Positions 10,748-19,788 of a stretch of 64,000 bases of DNA are shown piece after piece. Each line of letters starts with the position of its first letter. Position 1 is the stretch's first letter. Origin of the DNA: a virus; the IMG/VR virus record IMGVR_UViG_3300030117_007501, positions 32,001 through 96,000 of that record. One strand, written 5' to 3'. A program made the position numbers and the translations under genes. The notes under the pieces are model-generated. The model had not been told where the DNA came from and ran no database searches. It saw only the letters and a program-made list of their open reading frames with translations.

Positions 10748-10896
10748 AAGTCGGTGATATTAGCGACTATGAGATGCAGAAACTGCGAGAGTTCGCACAA
10801 AAAAAGATAGTCAAAAATCTCAGAGAGATTAGCAAGCTGAAAGAAGAGATATACTGGTTGGCAAAGGAGAGGGACAAATATGCCAGAAAAGGATAA
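10744..10896 (+). CDS. 50-aa helical protein starting with the junction half-site
   Basis: MKVGDISDYEMQKLREFAQKKIVKNLREISKLKEEIYWLAKERDKYARKG*. Confidence 0.6.
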   Translation: MKVGDISDYEMQKLREFAQKKIVKNLREISKLKEEIYWLAKERDKYARKG

Positions 10897-12188
10897 ATCA
10901 ATTAGGGTTGGAGATTTGGTTGGAAAAAGATATAAGGGTTTGCCTGGAGTGCTTTGCCCTGGAATAGTAGTGAAAAAAGAAGCCGCATACCCAGGCAACC
11001 CCAATGACAGGTGTTTAGTAATGTTCTCTCATTGTCACCCGCGCGTCGCAACGCCGTTTGCCAAGAAGTATTGGCAACTTGAGAAAGACTTGGTGCTTTT
11101 GGCTCGATAAATTTATTTTTTTCTTGACTTAACTTAATATTTGTGTGATAATTATATCATTCTTTGGGAGGTTCCTACGTGAAACAGGAAGAGATTATAA
11201 AGTCGCTTTTAGATTTGAGTCCTTCGGATTCCGACATTTCCACTTGGCAAAGGGGGTTCTTGAAAAGCGTCCTTGAGCAAGTAAAAAGGGGTTTTACCCT
11301 TTCTCAGAACCAAGAGAAAATCTTGTCAGAAGTGTGTGTTCAGAATACCCCGGAAAGACTACAGTCAATACAGGATTGGAAAACGTCTTATTCAGCCAGC
11401 GAATATAAGCAGGAATCCTTTAGGGTTTGTGCGCACTATTACAACACGGTGGGATACTTTACGACTATAGTGGAGAACTTCTTTACAAAAAAGGATTATG
11501 TCCCCTCCGAGAAGGAGTACAAGAGGCTTTGTGACAATAAATATGCAAAGAGAGTCTTGGAGTCTCACTTCTCGGAACCTTTGTATCCAAAGGGAACGGT
11601 TGTGCAACTCAGAAAGGGACACAGGGTAAATCAGGACAACAAACTCTTGATGACTTTGAACAGGGAGCGTCTGAGCCCCGCTGCTGATTTCGCAGTTGTG
11701 CTAGAGAGCGACGCCCAACCGATACACCGATCAGCAAAGGGTTCAAAGATATACAAGATATTGCCCGTTGGCGTGTCCAAGTCGTATTATGTACATGAGT
11801 CAGATTTAAAGAGAGCAAGAGGAATCAAAAAATGATAGTATCTATATCATATTTGGTGTCGGAATCTGAAAGGGTGCATGTGAGAGCGCAACCTAGTGGC
11901 AAGTTCATGTTGAAGAGAAAGAGGAAAAATAGATATTCCACTAGTCCCGGTAGTTCTACAAAGACGTACTATGCAAAGGATTTTGTTGAGTATATGAAAC
12001 TCAGGGATCCCTACATAACGCTTGAGAATGGCACAAAGATGAGGGTTTACCGTGGGGGCAACTCCAGCGATGAGGTTATAGAGACGATTTGCATTATCGA
12101 ATCACACGACGAAAAAGCCAAAAAAAGAGTTGGAAAAGTTTTAATACCACCGCATGACTACCCTGATTCGGATTACTTAGGTTGGTAA
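10880..12188 (+). CDS. ORFs 10880-11110 (RVGDLV SH3-like), 11179-11835 (C-terminal SH3-like PKGTVV...ESDLK), 11832-12188
   Basis: Abutting ORFs; GGAG-type SDs before 10880 and 11179. Confidence 0.6.
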
Positions 12189-12195
12189 AAAAAAC

Positions 12196-12224
12196 TTGAC
12201 TTTTTGATAAAAATCATTTAACAT
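12196..12224 (+). promoter_or_regulatory. sigma70-type promoter
   Basis: TTGACT-17 nt-TAACAT. Confidence 0.6.
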
Positions 12225-12254
12225 GTAAAGACAATAACGGCTAGGAAATCTAAA

Positions 12255-13115
12255 ATGTCATACAACGGAACAGTTCATTGTAGTTGGTGTGGTACGCGGG
12301 GGCACAACAAGCTCAGTTGTCCCTCCAGAAGAGAGGCAGCAAAAAGCAATCAATGGCTAAAGAGGGAGTTGGCGCGAGAAGACGCCATGCGCAAAGCGTC
12401 TGTCTCGAATAGGACATGCTCATATTGCAAGCAAAAAGGGCACAACCGACGAAAATGTCCGGTGATTTCTAGGGACAGAGGTATTATCCTTAAGGATACT
12501 ATTCGTGCTCGTAAGAAGCTGCTGGAATCCATGCAGGAAAATGGACTTGGAAAAGGCGCTCTGGTTAAGACGTACCATAACAATGATTTTAACTATCCTA
12601 TCCTTCACTTGGTTGAATCGATAGATTGGAGAGCATTGGACGACGCTGCGCTGTATTCAGACAGAGCTGTCGCAACCCGCTCTTATGCTCGTCGTCCAGT
12701 GAAGACTCGAATTGCCAATGTTGACTCCACTAGGGGGATGGATACACGAAATGGTTGGTATCGCGCACCAACGGTTGGACAGGTTAGTCACTTGAGTATG
12801 TTCAATTTGGCTAGTATCTTGTCAGGCGCTATAGCCGTGAGTGCTAAAGGATATTACGACAGGGGTTCGAGCGAAACGAAAACTAACATAAATGATACTC
12901 CACACAGAGCGACAGTAGAGTGTTGGACGCAGACAAATCCAGCAAAAGACATGCCAAAAGATTGGCTTTCTCCACTGACACTCAGCCAACCTCAGTCCAT
13001 GTTTTGGCACTTCACTGTCCCCGACAGGGGCGACGAGTACGACAAGAGGAGGCTCTTCACCGCATGGAAGGAGCGAGAGAGCGAGACTGGAGAAGTAATT
13101 GAGGAGTTGTTATGA
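12255..13115 (+). CDS. Protein with two CCHC zinc knuckles
   Basis: CSWCGTRGHNKLSC and CSYCKQKGHNRRKC (CX2CX4HX4C). Confidence 0.75.
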   Translation: MSYNGTVHCSWCGTRGHNKLSCPSRREAAKSNQWLKRELAREDAMRKASVSNRTCSYCKQKGHNRRKCPVISRDRGIILKDTIRARKKLLESMQENGLGKGALVKTYHNNDFNYPILHLVESIDWRALDDAALYSDRAVATRSYARRPVKTRIANVDSTRGMDTRNGWYRAPTVGQVSHLSMFNLASILSGAIAVSAKGYYDRGSSETKTNINDTPHRATVECWTQTNPAKDMPKDWLSPLTLSQPQSMFWHFTVPDRGDEYDKRRLFTAWKERESETGEVIEELL

Positions 13116-13903
13116 GTGGTGTTAATCCATTTGAGGAGCATCCTGAAACTCCGAAAGAAGAACTAGAATCGGCAAAAAAAACCTTGACAAAGGAAAGGAT
13201 ATTTGTTATTCTAGATGAAGAAATAAGAAAAGCCGAAACCCGCCCGTCTTCTATATGGGGCTTAACCAGAGAAGACATCATTGAGGCTATTGAAAATGTC
13301 AAAGAGAAAATAGAGGAGGCTTAGATGTCTAGACTGCTTGCAAACCTTCCGCGTATGACGCGAGTAGAATGGAACAACCTGGCAAAGAACAGGTTTGTCG
13401 ACGACGAGATTCAAGTGTGGATAGCCAAGAACGGACACATTCAAGCGAGGTACTATCTAGCAGAGAATGAGTCTTTGTGCGAAGAGGCTATCGACATCAT
13501 CCTCAATGGTAGATCAAACATGGCAAAGGCTACACTAGTAACTACTGGATTGGTTGCCGATGGTGATGTGATTAGGAATATCTATGATTCCTGTAAGTCG
13601 AGACTAGCACACTGGAGAGTCAACAGTTTCTTCGTCCGAGCCTGGAGAGGCGGATGGGTTAACGGCACGCCTTCGGACGTCCTAGAGGATATTTACGACA
13701 GATACAAGGAGAGGTTGGCTAATTCAGGTGGAGGACTCTATAGTTATTATAGTACCGCTCTGCCCATAAACCTTGCCAGTCATCCTAACTGTAGTTTGAA
13801 GTTGGCTATTCAATTAAGCCAGCACGATAATTCAAATGTTTCTGCTGCCGGAAGAGATGCGCTTGTGGCTATCAGCAGAAGGCAAGATGACTCAAAAAGT
13901 TAA
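13112..13903 (+). CDS. Hypotheticals 13112-13324 and 13325-13903 (helical, LRV-repeat-like)
   Basis: LAKN/LAEN/LASHPN repeats in the second ORF. Confidence 0.55.
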
Positions 13904-13991
13904 ATTTAAATTTGACAAATTAATTTTTTTATGAGATGATATAAACACATCGAACGAACCAATAACTGCTAATTACTTTAGGAGATATATC

Positions 13992-15065
13992 ATGGCAGTT
14001 GACTTTAAGACTTTTTCCAATGTTGTCAAGCACGTAACGGCAGTAAAGAAGCCGGTACTTTTGCGTGGACGTCACGGCATTGGCAAATCTACCGTAGTCT
14101 ATCAGTACGCTGATAGCATTGGCATGCCTATCGTCGAGCGACGCGCATCGCAGATGACTGAGGGAGATTTAGTGGGACTGCCCTCAATTGAGAACAGCAG
14201 TACGCAGTTCAACCCACCAGACTGGTTCAAGCAGGCGTGCGATGAGCCTGTGGTTCTGTTTCTGGACGAGGTTGACAGGGCAACGCTCGAAGTCCGTCAG
14301 GGTATTTTCGAGCTTACTGATAGCCGCAAGCTGAATGGGCACATTCTTCACCCGGATACGCTTGTCTTCGCCGCTGTAAATGGCGGCGAGCACGGTGAGC
14401 AGTATCAGGTTGGAGAGATGGATCCAGCTGAGCTTGACAGGTGGACTGTGTTCGATATTGAGCCGACGACAGAGGATTGGCTAACTTGGGCTACAGGCAA
14501 GGTTCACGGCATGGTGTGGGACTTCATTAACCATAACCGTAATCACCTTGAGCATCTCGACGACTACGAGCCAAACAAGGTTTATCCTTCTCGACGTTCG
14601 TGGGAGCGACTGAGTGAGTGCCTCTCTGAGAGTGGTGTCTTGGATGCCGAAGAAACTTCGGTTCTCTATACTCTGACGAGCGCCTTTGTTGGCTTCGAAG
14701 CAGCGGTAGCATTTAACGACTTTGTTGCCAACTACGAGAAGCAGGTGTCTGTTGAGGATATCCTCGTGCACGGTAAGATTGAGAGAACAAAGGACTTCGG
14801 TATCAACGAGCACACTGCGCTCATTGACAAGTTCGACTCAGCCGCGTCGTTTGAGGAGGAGCTTGAGCAGGACAAGATTGACAATCTTGCTCGATACTTC
14901 TTGAACCTCCCTTCCGAGGTTGCGATGAAGTTGTGGACTGTGTTGGGTTCTGGTGAGATTAATAACACGATTAAGCTGCACCAGGCAACTGTTGACGGCA
15001 AGTCTGTCAGCGATTACATTGTTACGATTCTTGCTGGAGAGCAAGAAGAAGAGAAGGGGAGTTGA
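13992..15065 (+). CDS. MoxR-like AAA+ ATPase
   Basis: Walker A GRHGIGKS, Walker B LFLDEVDR, sensor FAAVN, DPAELDR. Confidence 0.9.
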   Translation: MAVDFKTFSNVVKHVTAVKKPVLLRGRHGIGKSTVVYQYADSIGMPIVERRASQMTEGDLVGLPSIENSSTQFNPPDWFKQACDEPVVLFLDEVDRATLEVRQGIFELTDSRKLNGHILHPDTLVFAAVNGGEHGEQYQVGEMDPAELDRWTVFDIEPTTEDWLTWATGKVHGMVWDFINHNRNHLEHLDDYEPNKVYPSRRSWERLSECLSESGVLDAEETSVLYTLTSAFVGFEAAVAFNDFVANYEKQVSVEDILVHGKIERTKDFGINEHTALIDKFDSAASFEEELEQDKIDNLARYFLNLPSEVAMKLWTVLGSGEINNTIKLHQATVDGKSVSDYIVTILAGEQEEEKGS

Positions 15066-15066
15066 T

Positions 15067-15288
15067 ATGAGGATGTTTTTACTGTCTGCGTCTCTGTTCT
15101 TGGCATCGGGGTGTTCTCTGGGAACTAACCCCTCCTATGTAAAGCTGAATGACAGAGGTGGTTGTGGCGACTTCATTCTTAAGCAGGCGTTTAGGGACGA
15201 CATCCTTTGCGTGAAGTCGAAAAAGAAGAAGAGCGGCGTCGACTGCTTTTACGTACAGAACGGCAGTCGAGTTATCTCTGTTCGATAA
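15067..15288 (+). CDS. Small lipoprotein
   Basis: Lipobox LASGC after a hydrophobic stretch. Confidence 0.6.
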   Translation: MRMFLLSASLFLASGCSLGTNPSYVKLNDRGGCGDFILKQAFRDDILCVKSKKKKSGVDCFYVQNGSRVISVR

Positions 15289-15362
15289 AATATTTCTTGA
15301 CTTCTTAAAAAAAGTCTGTTATTCTTATTACATAATCAAAAACAACTGAGAGAGAAATCGAG

Positions 15363-16595
15363 ATGGAAGAGAAAAATCACTTCGATTTGAACCTGCACAT
15401 GGCTAGGTTGCTCATGGACGAACCGTTCTTTGCAGCAATCTCCCGACGTGTGGACAAGCGTCCACATACCGGGATACCAACAGCAGGAGTTAGAGTCAAT
15501 CCTGATACAGCTCAGTTTGAGATGCTGTATAATCCTGAGTTCTTTCACAAGTTGACTGACGATGAGCGCATCGATGTGCTTAAGCACGAGTTCTATCACA
15601 TTGTCTTTCTCCACGTCACTGACAGGATGCCTGTCGTAGAGGGAGATAAGAAGATGACAAAGTTGTGGAATATTGCGACAGACTTGGCTATCAACAGCAA
15701 TCTTCACAACTTGCCAGAGGGCTGTTGTAAGCCAGGTGTCCCTGATACCCCTTTTGCTGATTTGCCTTCCGGCAAGAGCGCGGAGTGGTATCTCAAAAAT
15801 ATGCCACCGATGCCAAAAAAGAAGTCGAACCCGAATGGAGAGCCAAACGGAGAGGGCGGCAACGGTTCCGGGCAAGGCGAGCCCGGAGAAACCGAGTACG
15901 ACTCTTTCGACGATCACAGTGGTTGGGGTGAGGTTTCGGAAGATGCCAAGGAGATTGCCAAGGAGAGGCTTAAGGACATCATTAGGAAAGCGGCAGATGA
16001 GGCATCAAAGTCCAACAGTTGGGGCTCTGTCTCTGCTTCATGTAGAGAGGAGATTCTCAAGGGAATCAAGAGTACCCTGGACTGGCGAAAAGTGCTCAGG
16101 TACTTCATAAAGACGTCTCAGAAGTCCAGCAGGAAGTCGAGTATTAGGCGTATCAACCGTCGTTACCCGTACGTTCATGCTGGAAAAAAGTCAGACAGGG
16201 TTGCAAGGGTTGCAATCTCTATCGATCAGTCTGGCTCGGTGTCTAACAAGATGCTTGCTGCTTTCTTTGCGGAACTGAACAAGTTGTCTGAGATTGCAGA
16301 GTTTACGGTGATTCCGTTTGATACTGTGGTTGTCGAAGACAAGGTGTTTGACTGGAGAAAGGGAGAGAATCGCAAGTGGGAGCGCGTATCGTGTGGAGGA
16401 ACATGCTTTAACGCTCCTACGAAGTGGGTTAACGAGCGTAGTTATGATGGACACATTGTCTTGACGGACTTGATGGCACCGAAACCAGTGCCTTCCAAGG
16501 CTCAGAGGATGTGGATAACTACTGAGTATTATGCTCAGCGCCCATACTTCACTACTAACGAGAGGGTTATCGCGATACCAGACAAGGATATGTGA
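15363..16595 (+). CDS. Putative metallopeptidase plus VWA-like protein (AAA+ partner)
   Basis: HEFYH zincin motif, NIATDLAIN, MIDAS-like IDQSGS, GGT, LTD. Confidence 0.85.
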   Translation: MEEKNHFDLNLHMARLLMDEPFFAAISRRVDKRPHTGIPTAGVRVNPDTAQFEMLYNPEFFHKLTDDERIDVLKHEFYHIVFLHVTDRMPVVEGDKKMTKLWNIATDLAINSNLHNLPEGCCKPGVPDTPFADLPSGKSAEWYLKNMPPMPKKKSNPNGEPNGEGGNGSGQGEPGETEYDSFDDHSGWGEVSEDAKEIAKERLKDIIRKAADEASKSNSWGSVSASCREEILKGIKSTLDWRKVLRYFIKTSQKSSRKSSIRRINRRYPYVHAGKKSDRVARVAISIDQSGSVSNKMLAAFFAELNKLSEIAEFTVIPFDTVVVEDKVFDWRKGENRKWERVSCGGTCFNAPTKWVNERSYDGHIVLTDLMAPKPVPSKAQRMWITTEYYAQRPYFTTNERVIAIPDKDM

Positions 16596-16603
16596 TAGCT
16601 CTT

Positions 16604-16757
16604 GTGCGCCGGAAAGTCTTATATTATATAAAATGTGGAGCGTATGCCTAAACCGCGCCAAAATGAACCTCGCAAGGCTCTTGCGAGAGCGAAGTAAATT
16701 AGATTAGGCTGGTGGTGGCTTCCCGGCGAGGACAGGGATGCCGTCTTTCCGGCGCAT
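16604..16757 (+). ncRNA. Candidate rod-shaped structured RNA (6S-like)
   Basis: Nested stems TGCGCCGGAAAG/CTTTCCGGCGCA, GCCTAA/TTAGGC and CTCGCAAG/CTTGCGAG, all centred near 16678-16680; strand assumed. Confidence 0.5.
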
Positions 16758-16777
16758 TTTTAACAAGAGGGGTGTTT

Positions 16778-17195
16778 ATGTTTTTTGCGAAAGTTAGAGA
16801 GGTGGTGTCTAGACTACCTGCCGAAAAGAGGATAGCTCTTCATAATATGCTCGCACTGCCGCTGATTACTATCGGCAGCACTTTCTTAGCAGGGGGTAGG
16901 CTAATATATGAGCCGACTAGCAGAACCAAGAGGATTGGTTTCCGTTCGGAGCAGACGAATGATTGAATATGCCCGAGGCATGATTGTGGAAATCACAGAA
17001 GACTATGATGTTTTCGGGCAAAATGCTAGAGGCATGAGAGGAGAGATTCTACGCCCCTATAGCATAGACAGGACAGAGAAAAATAAACATGAAACGGTGA
17101 GAGTAGTAAAGCACCTAATTTACATCGAGGAGATTGATGCGTACTGCGAACCGCGTGAGGAATGGCTCATAATCATAGACAGGGATGTGCCCTAG
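16778..17195 (+). CDS. Hypotheticals 16778-16966 and 16959-17195 (RGMIV SH3-like)
   Basis: SD-preceded ATGs; overlapping ORFs. Confidence 0.55.
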
Positions 17196-17296
17196 TGCGC
17201 CAGTATTGACGTCTAACGAGAGTTTCTATGGTGATTCGTCTCTAGGTATGCACTCTGGGCAACAAAGCCTTAAAAGCATCAAATTTCATTTTTTTC

Positions 17297-17325
17297 TTGA
17301 TTTTTAAAAAAAAGAAATATATAAT
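17297..17325 (+). promoter_or_regulatory. sigma70-type promoter heading cassette array 2
   Basis: TTGATT-17 nt-TATAAT. Confidence 0.75.
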
Positions 17326-17350
17326 TGTTTTAATGGTTGAGGGGGCAAGG

Positions 17351-17557
17351 ATGAAAGTTGGTGACTTGGTTCAATGGAGCGACACCAGCATTGCCTGGCA
17401 CCTCGCTAAAGGTTACCCTGTGCAGGATTTTCTTCACCATCGTCAACGAGGGATAATTTTCAGCGAGAACAAGAAGTATGTTTTCGTGTATTGGGGCGAC
17501 GGAGAAAGAATGGCAGAAGAGCGGGATTGGCTGGAGGTTGTCAGTGAAAGTAGGTGA
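17351..17557 (+). CDS. SH3-like cassette protein
   Basis: MKVGDLVQW...WLEVVSESR*. Confidence 0.8.
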   Translation: MKVGDLVQWSDTSIAWHLAKGYPVQDFLHHRQRGIIFSENKKYVFVYWGDGERMAEERDWLEVVSESR

Positions 17558-17702
17558 TTTGGTGAGACACAAGCGTAGAAACTGGAACGCTCTTATCGTG
17601 ACTGTTGATCAGCCTCGAAGACACATTAAGATTCTCGATGAGGAGGGCAGTGTGTTCTGGGAAAGAATGAGAGATTACGAGGTTATCAGTGAAAGTCGGT
17701 GA
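17544..17702 (+). CDS. SH3-like cassette protein
   Basis: MKVGDLVRH...DYEVISESR*. Confidence 0.8.
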   Translation: MKVGDLVRHKRRNWNALIVTVDQPRRHIKILDEEGSVFWERMRDYEVISESR

Positions 17703-17907
17703 TTTAGTTATAACTAAGGCATCTATCGGAGACGGGAATCGTCGGCTTGCGCTGCGAGAAGGCGTAGGCGTCTTGTTTCAAGCTGATTACAACCTAATGA
17801 TACTCTGGCCAAATGGCTTCATAGAGAACTCATGCGTCTATTTTGAGCACGAATTGGAGGTTGTCAGTGAAAGTCGGCGATTTAGTAAAATACAGGATGT
17901 ATCATAA
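17689..17907 (+). CDS. SH3-like cassette protein with junction stop lost (TGA>CGA)
   Basis: MKVGDLVIT...LEVVSESR-RFSKIQDVS*. Confidence 0.8.
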   Translation: MKVGDLVITKASIGDGNRRLALREGVGVLFQADYNLMILWPNGFIENSCVYFEHELEVVSESRRFSKIQDVS

Positions 17908-18049
17908 CAACCTACAGTCACTCTTGGGAATTGTTTTGCGCACGAGTAGGGACAAAGAGAGAGTAAGAGTTCTTTGGAATCGAATCGACAGAAATGATGA
18001 CGTGATGGATTGGGTAGAAGATTTGGAGGTTGTCAGTGCAAGTCGGTGA
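17867..18049 (+). CDS. SH3-like cassette protein
   Basis: MKVGDLVKY...DLEVVSASR*. Confidence 0.8.
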   Translation: MKVGDLVKYRMYHNNLQSLLGIVLRTSRDKERVRVLWNRIDRNDDVMDWVEDLEVVSASR

Positions 18050-18227
18050 TTTGGTTAAGTGGACTGATGGACATGGCGAAGAGTTTTACGCCCTAGTGGT
18101 TAAACGTGATGGCTGGGCGACACTAATAAAGTGGACTTCTTCCGGCGAAGTAGAAGACGCTGACTACTATATCGAAAGCGACGTCGCAGAGAATGAAGTA
18201 TGGGAGGTAATCAGTGAAGCTCGGTGA
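18036..18227 (+). CDS. SH3-like cassette protein
   Basis: MQVGDLVKW...WEVISEAR*. Confidence 0.8.
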   Translation: MQVGDLVKWTDGHGEEFYALVVKRDGWATLIKWTSSGEVEDADYYIESDVAENEVWEVISEAR

Positions 18228-18411
18228 TATGGTTCAGCCGCTTGGCTCATGCTCTGGCATGCTCGGCGCTGTTCGGTGCAAACTAGCACTGGTTGTGGAG
18301 AAGGTTAACCCACACCATGATCAGGTTAAGATTGCCTGCCTATGTGGTTCTAAGTGGGCAATGAAACATAATGTACGCTCTATAGAAAAAAGAGAGGATA
18401 TCTGGGAATGA
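18214..18411 (+). CDS. SH3-like cassette protein (last of array 2)
   Basis: MKLGDMVQP... Confidence 0.75.
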   Translation: MKLGDMVQPLGSCSGMLGAVRCKLALVVEKVNPHHDQVKIACLCGSKWAMKHNVRSIEKREDIWE

Positions 18412-18897
18412 GTCGTAAAGAAACTGTAGATTATGATAGGCTATTGGTTGTCGCAGAAAAGGCTGAGTTAGCGTTCTGGGAGGTTGTGGGAAAAAGCTAC
18501 CCAGAGGCTACGTACGGATGCTTTCCCTTTGATGCTCAATTTGAATTCAGCATGGCATTAGAGACAGCAATTGAAATTTGGGTGGACGCGAACGTGCCCC
18601 CTGCGCGGGAGGACTAGTATGTACGACATTGAAGTACCAACAGAAAAAGAATTACGCCGCAACGTGCTCGGGCAAGGTGTGAAAATCCTTCATGCCCTGA
18701 TGCGACACTACAGTTCGGGTTCTATCGAAGTGCCTGAGCACAACGATGTGTTCATGGGACTAATGGTTCTGCTGTGCGAGGGCAAAATCAAGGGAGAGTA
18801 CACCGACGATGGTGAGGTTCGGTGGGTAATGACAGAGAAAAAGGAAGCCAACTACGGAAACGTAATCAGGTTTCCACTAACCAAAGGGGTAGAGTGA
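18408..18897 (+). CDS. Hypotheticals 18408-18617 and 18619-18897
   Basis: Abutting ORFs; GGAGG SD before 18619; C-terminal NVIRFP motif. Confidence 0.6.
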
Positions 18898-19122
18898 TGG
18901 ATAGTTTTATTGGTACCGTTCTAGCAATTGCGCTCGGCTTGTTCTTGGGGCAGAAGCTCACTGAATGGTGGAACAAGAATTGACAAAAGAAGAACTTGAG
19001 GCTTTCAACGAGACGTGGGGCATCGGAGCAGCCCCACAGAAAAAAGATTCGTCTGTGCTCCCCTTCGCGGGAGCAATAAGAAAGTATATCAGAGAGAAAA
19101 TTGAAAAATTGAAAAAAACTTC

Positions 19123-19151
19123 TTGATTTTTTGATTTATATTTCTTATAAT
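19123..19151 (+). promoter_or_regulatory. sigma70-type promoter for tRNA-Lys
   Basis: TTGATT-17 nt-TATAAT. Confidence 0.75.
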
Positions 19152-19166
19152 AGGTGAAGAAATCAA

Positions 19167-19238
19167 GGAGCGCTGGCGCAATGGTAGCGCATCGGACTTT
19201 TAATCCGCTGGTTCAGGGTTCGAGTCCCTGGCGCTCCA
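19167..19238 (+). tRNA. tRNA-Lys(TTT)
   Basis: Acceptor GGAGCGC/GCGCTCC, anticodon loop CTTTTAA, T-arm CAGGG-TTCGAGT-CCCTG. Confidence 0.92.
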
Positions 19239-19425
19239 CATACACGAGGAGAATGGTGAATGGGGCTTTCGAGCGTAGCTAGTGTGAGGAGATTGGCGAA
19301 CATGTGGGTTGATTTATCACCCAAGAGACAAGACGAACTCTTAAGCGAACTTGATGCCCCACTGAGAGAATCAGTTGTAGAGAGAATGAGAGAGATAAAG
19401 AATGAAAGAAAGAGGAGCAGCAAAG

Positions 19426-19638
19426 ATGATGCCTAGTGTAGATGATATCATCCGTTACGAGAACGGAGAGATGGGAGAGGACGAAGTTATCGACTTCTTT
19501 CAGGACTTGGTTGATACCGGCATGGCGTGGAGACTACAGGGTTCTTACGGTAGAACCGCGAAGACTCTCATCGAGTACGGATGGGTGAAGACGCCACATG
19601 AGGAGATTTTCGGAGATGATAAAGAATATCTTGATTAG
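19426..19638 (+). CDS. Phage-type hypothetical protein
   Basis: FQDLVDTGMAWRLQGSYGRTA motif, recalled from small phage proteins. Confidence 0.65.
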   Translation: MMPSVDDIIRYENGEMGEDEVIDFFQDLVDTGMAWRLQGSYGRTAKTLIEYGWVKTPHEEIFGDDKEYLD

Positions 19639-19733
19639 AGGCGCGTGCCTCGGTGCTGGGCTCGGTTTGGTTGCTTTGGTGATTGCGCTCCCGTATATTG
19701 TGAGAGAAAAAAAGAACTAAATTTAATTTTTTC

Positions 19734-19762
19734 TTGACTTCTTGAAAATCATTTCATATAAT
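19734..19762 (+). promoter_or_regulatory. sigma70-type promoter
   Basis: TTGACT-17 nt-TATAAT. Confidence 0.85.
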
Positions 19763-19788
19763 GGTTACACAAGATGAGGAGAAAGCAA

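Larger units (their letters stand above)
9451..10763 (+). repeat. Cassette array 1: conserved SD/start/stop junction repeats separating variable coding units
   Basis: Junction starts at 9463 (variant), 9834, 10040 (half), 10206, 10372, 10562, 10744 (half); core GAGGTDRTMARTGAAAGTCGGTGA. Confidence 0.9.
17351..18233 (+). repeat. Cassette array 2: five full junction repeats
   Basis: Junction GTG starts at 17544, 17689, 17867, 18036, 18214; spacings from 17351 are 193, 145, 178, 169, 178 bp. Confidence 0.9.

Noticed and set aside
9451-18233. CRISPR array interpretation of the junction repeats
   Set aside because: Repeats are degenerate and non-palindromic, units are 145-206 bp open reading frames, and no cas operon is seen.
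9451-18233. Classical integron (attC) or diversity-generating retroelement
   Set aside because: No attC-like inverted repeats, no tyrosine recombinase or reverse transcriptase in the window, and no template/variable repeat pair differing at adenines.
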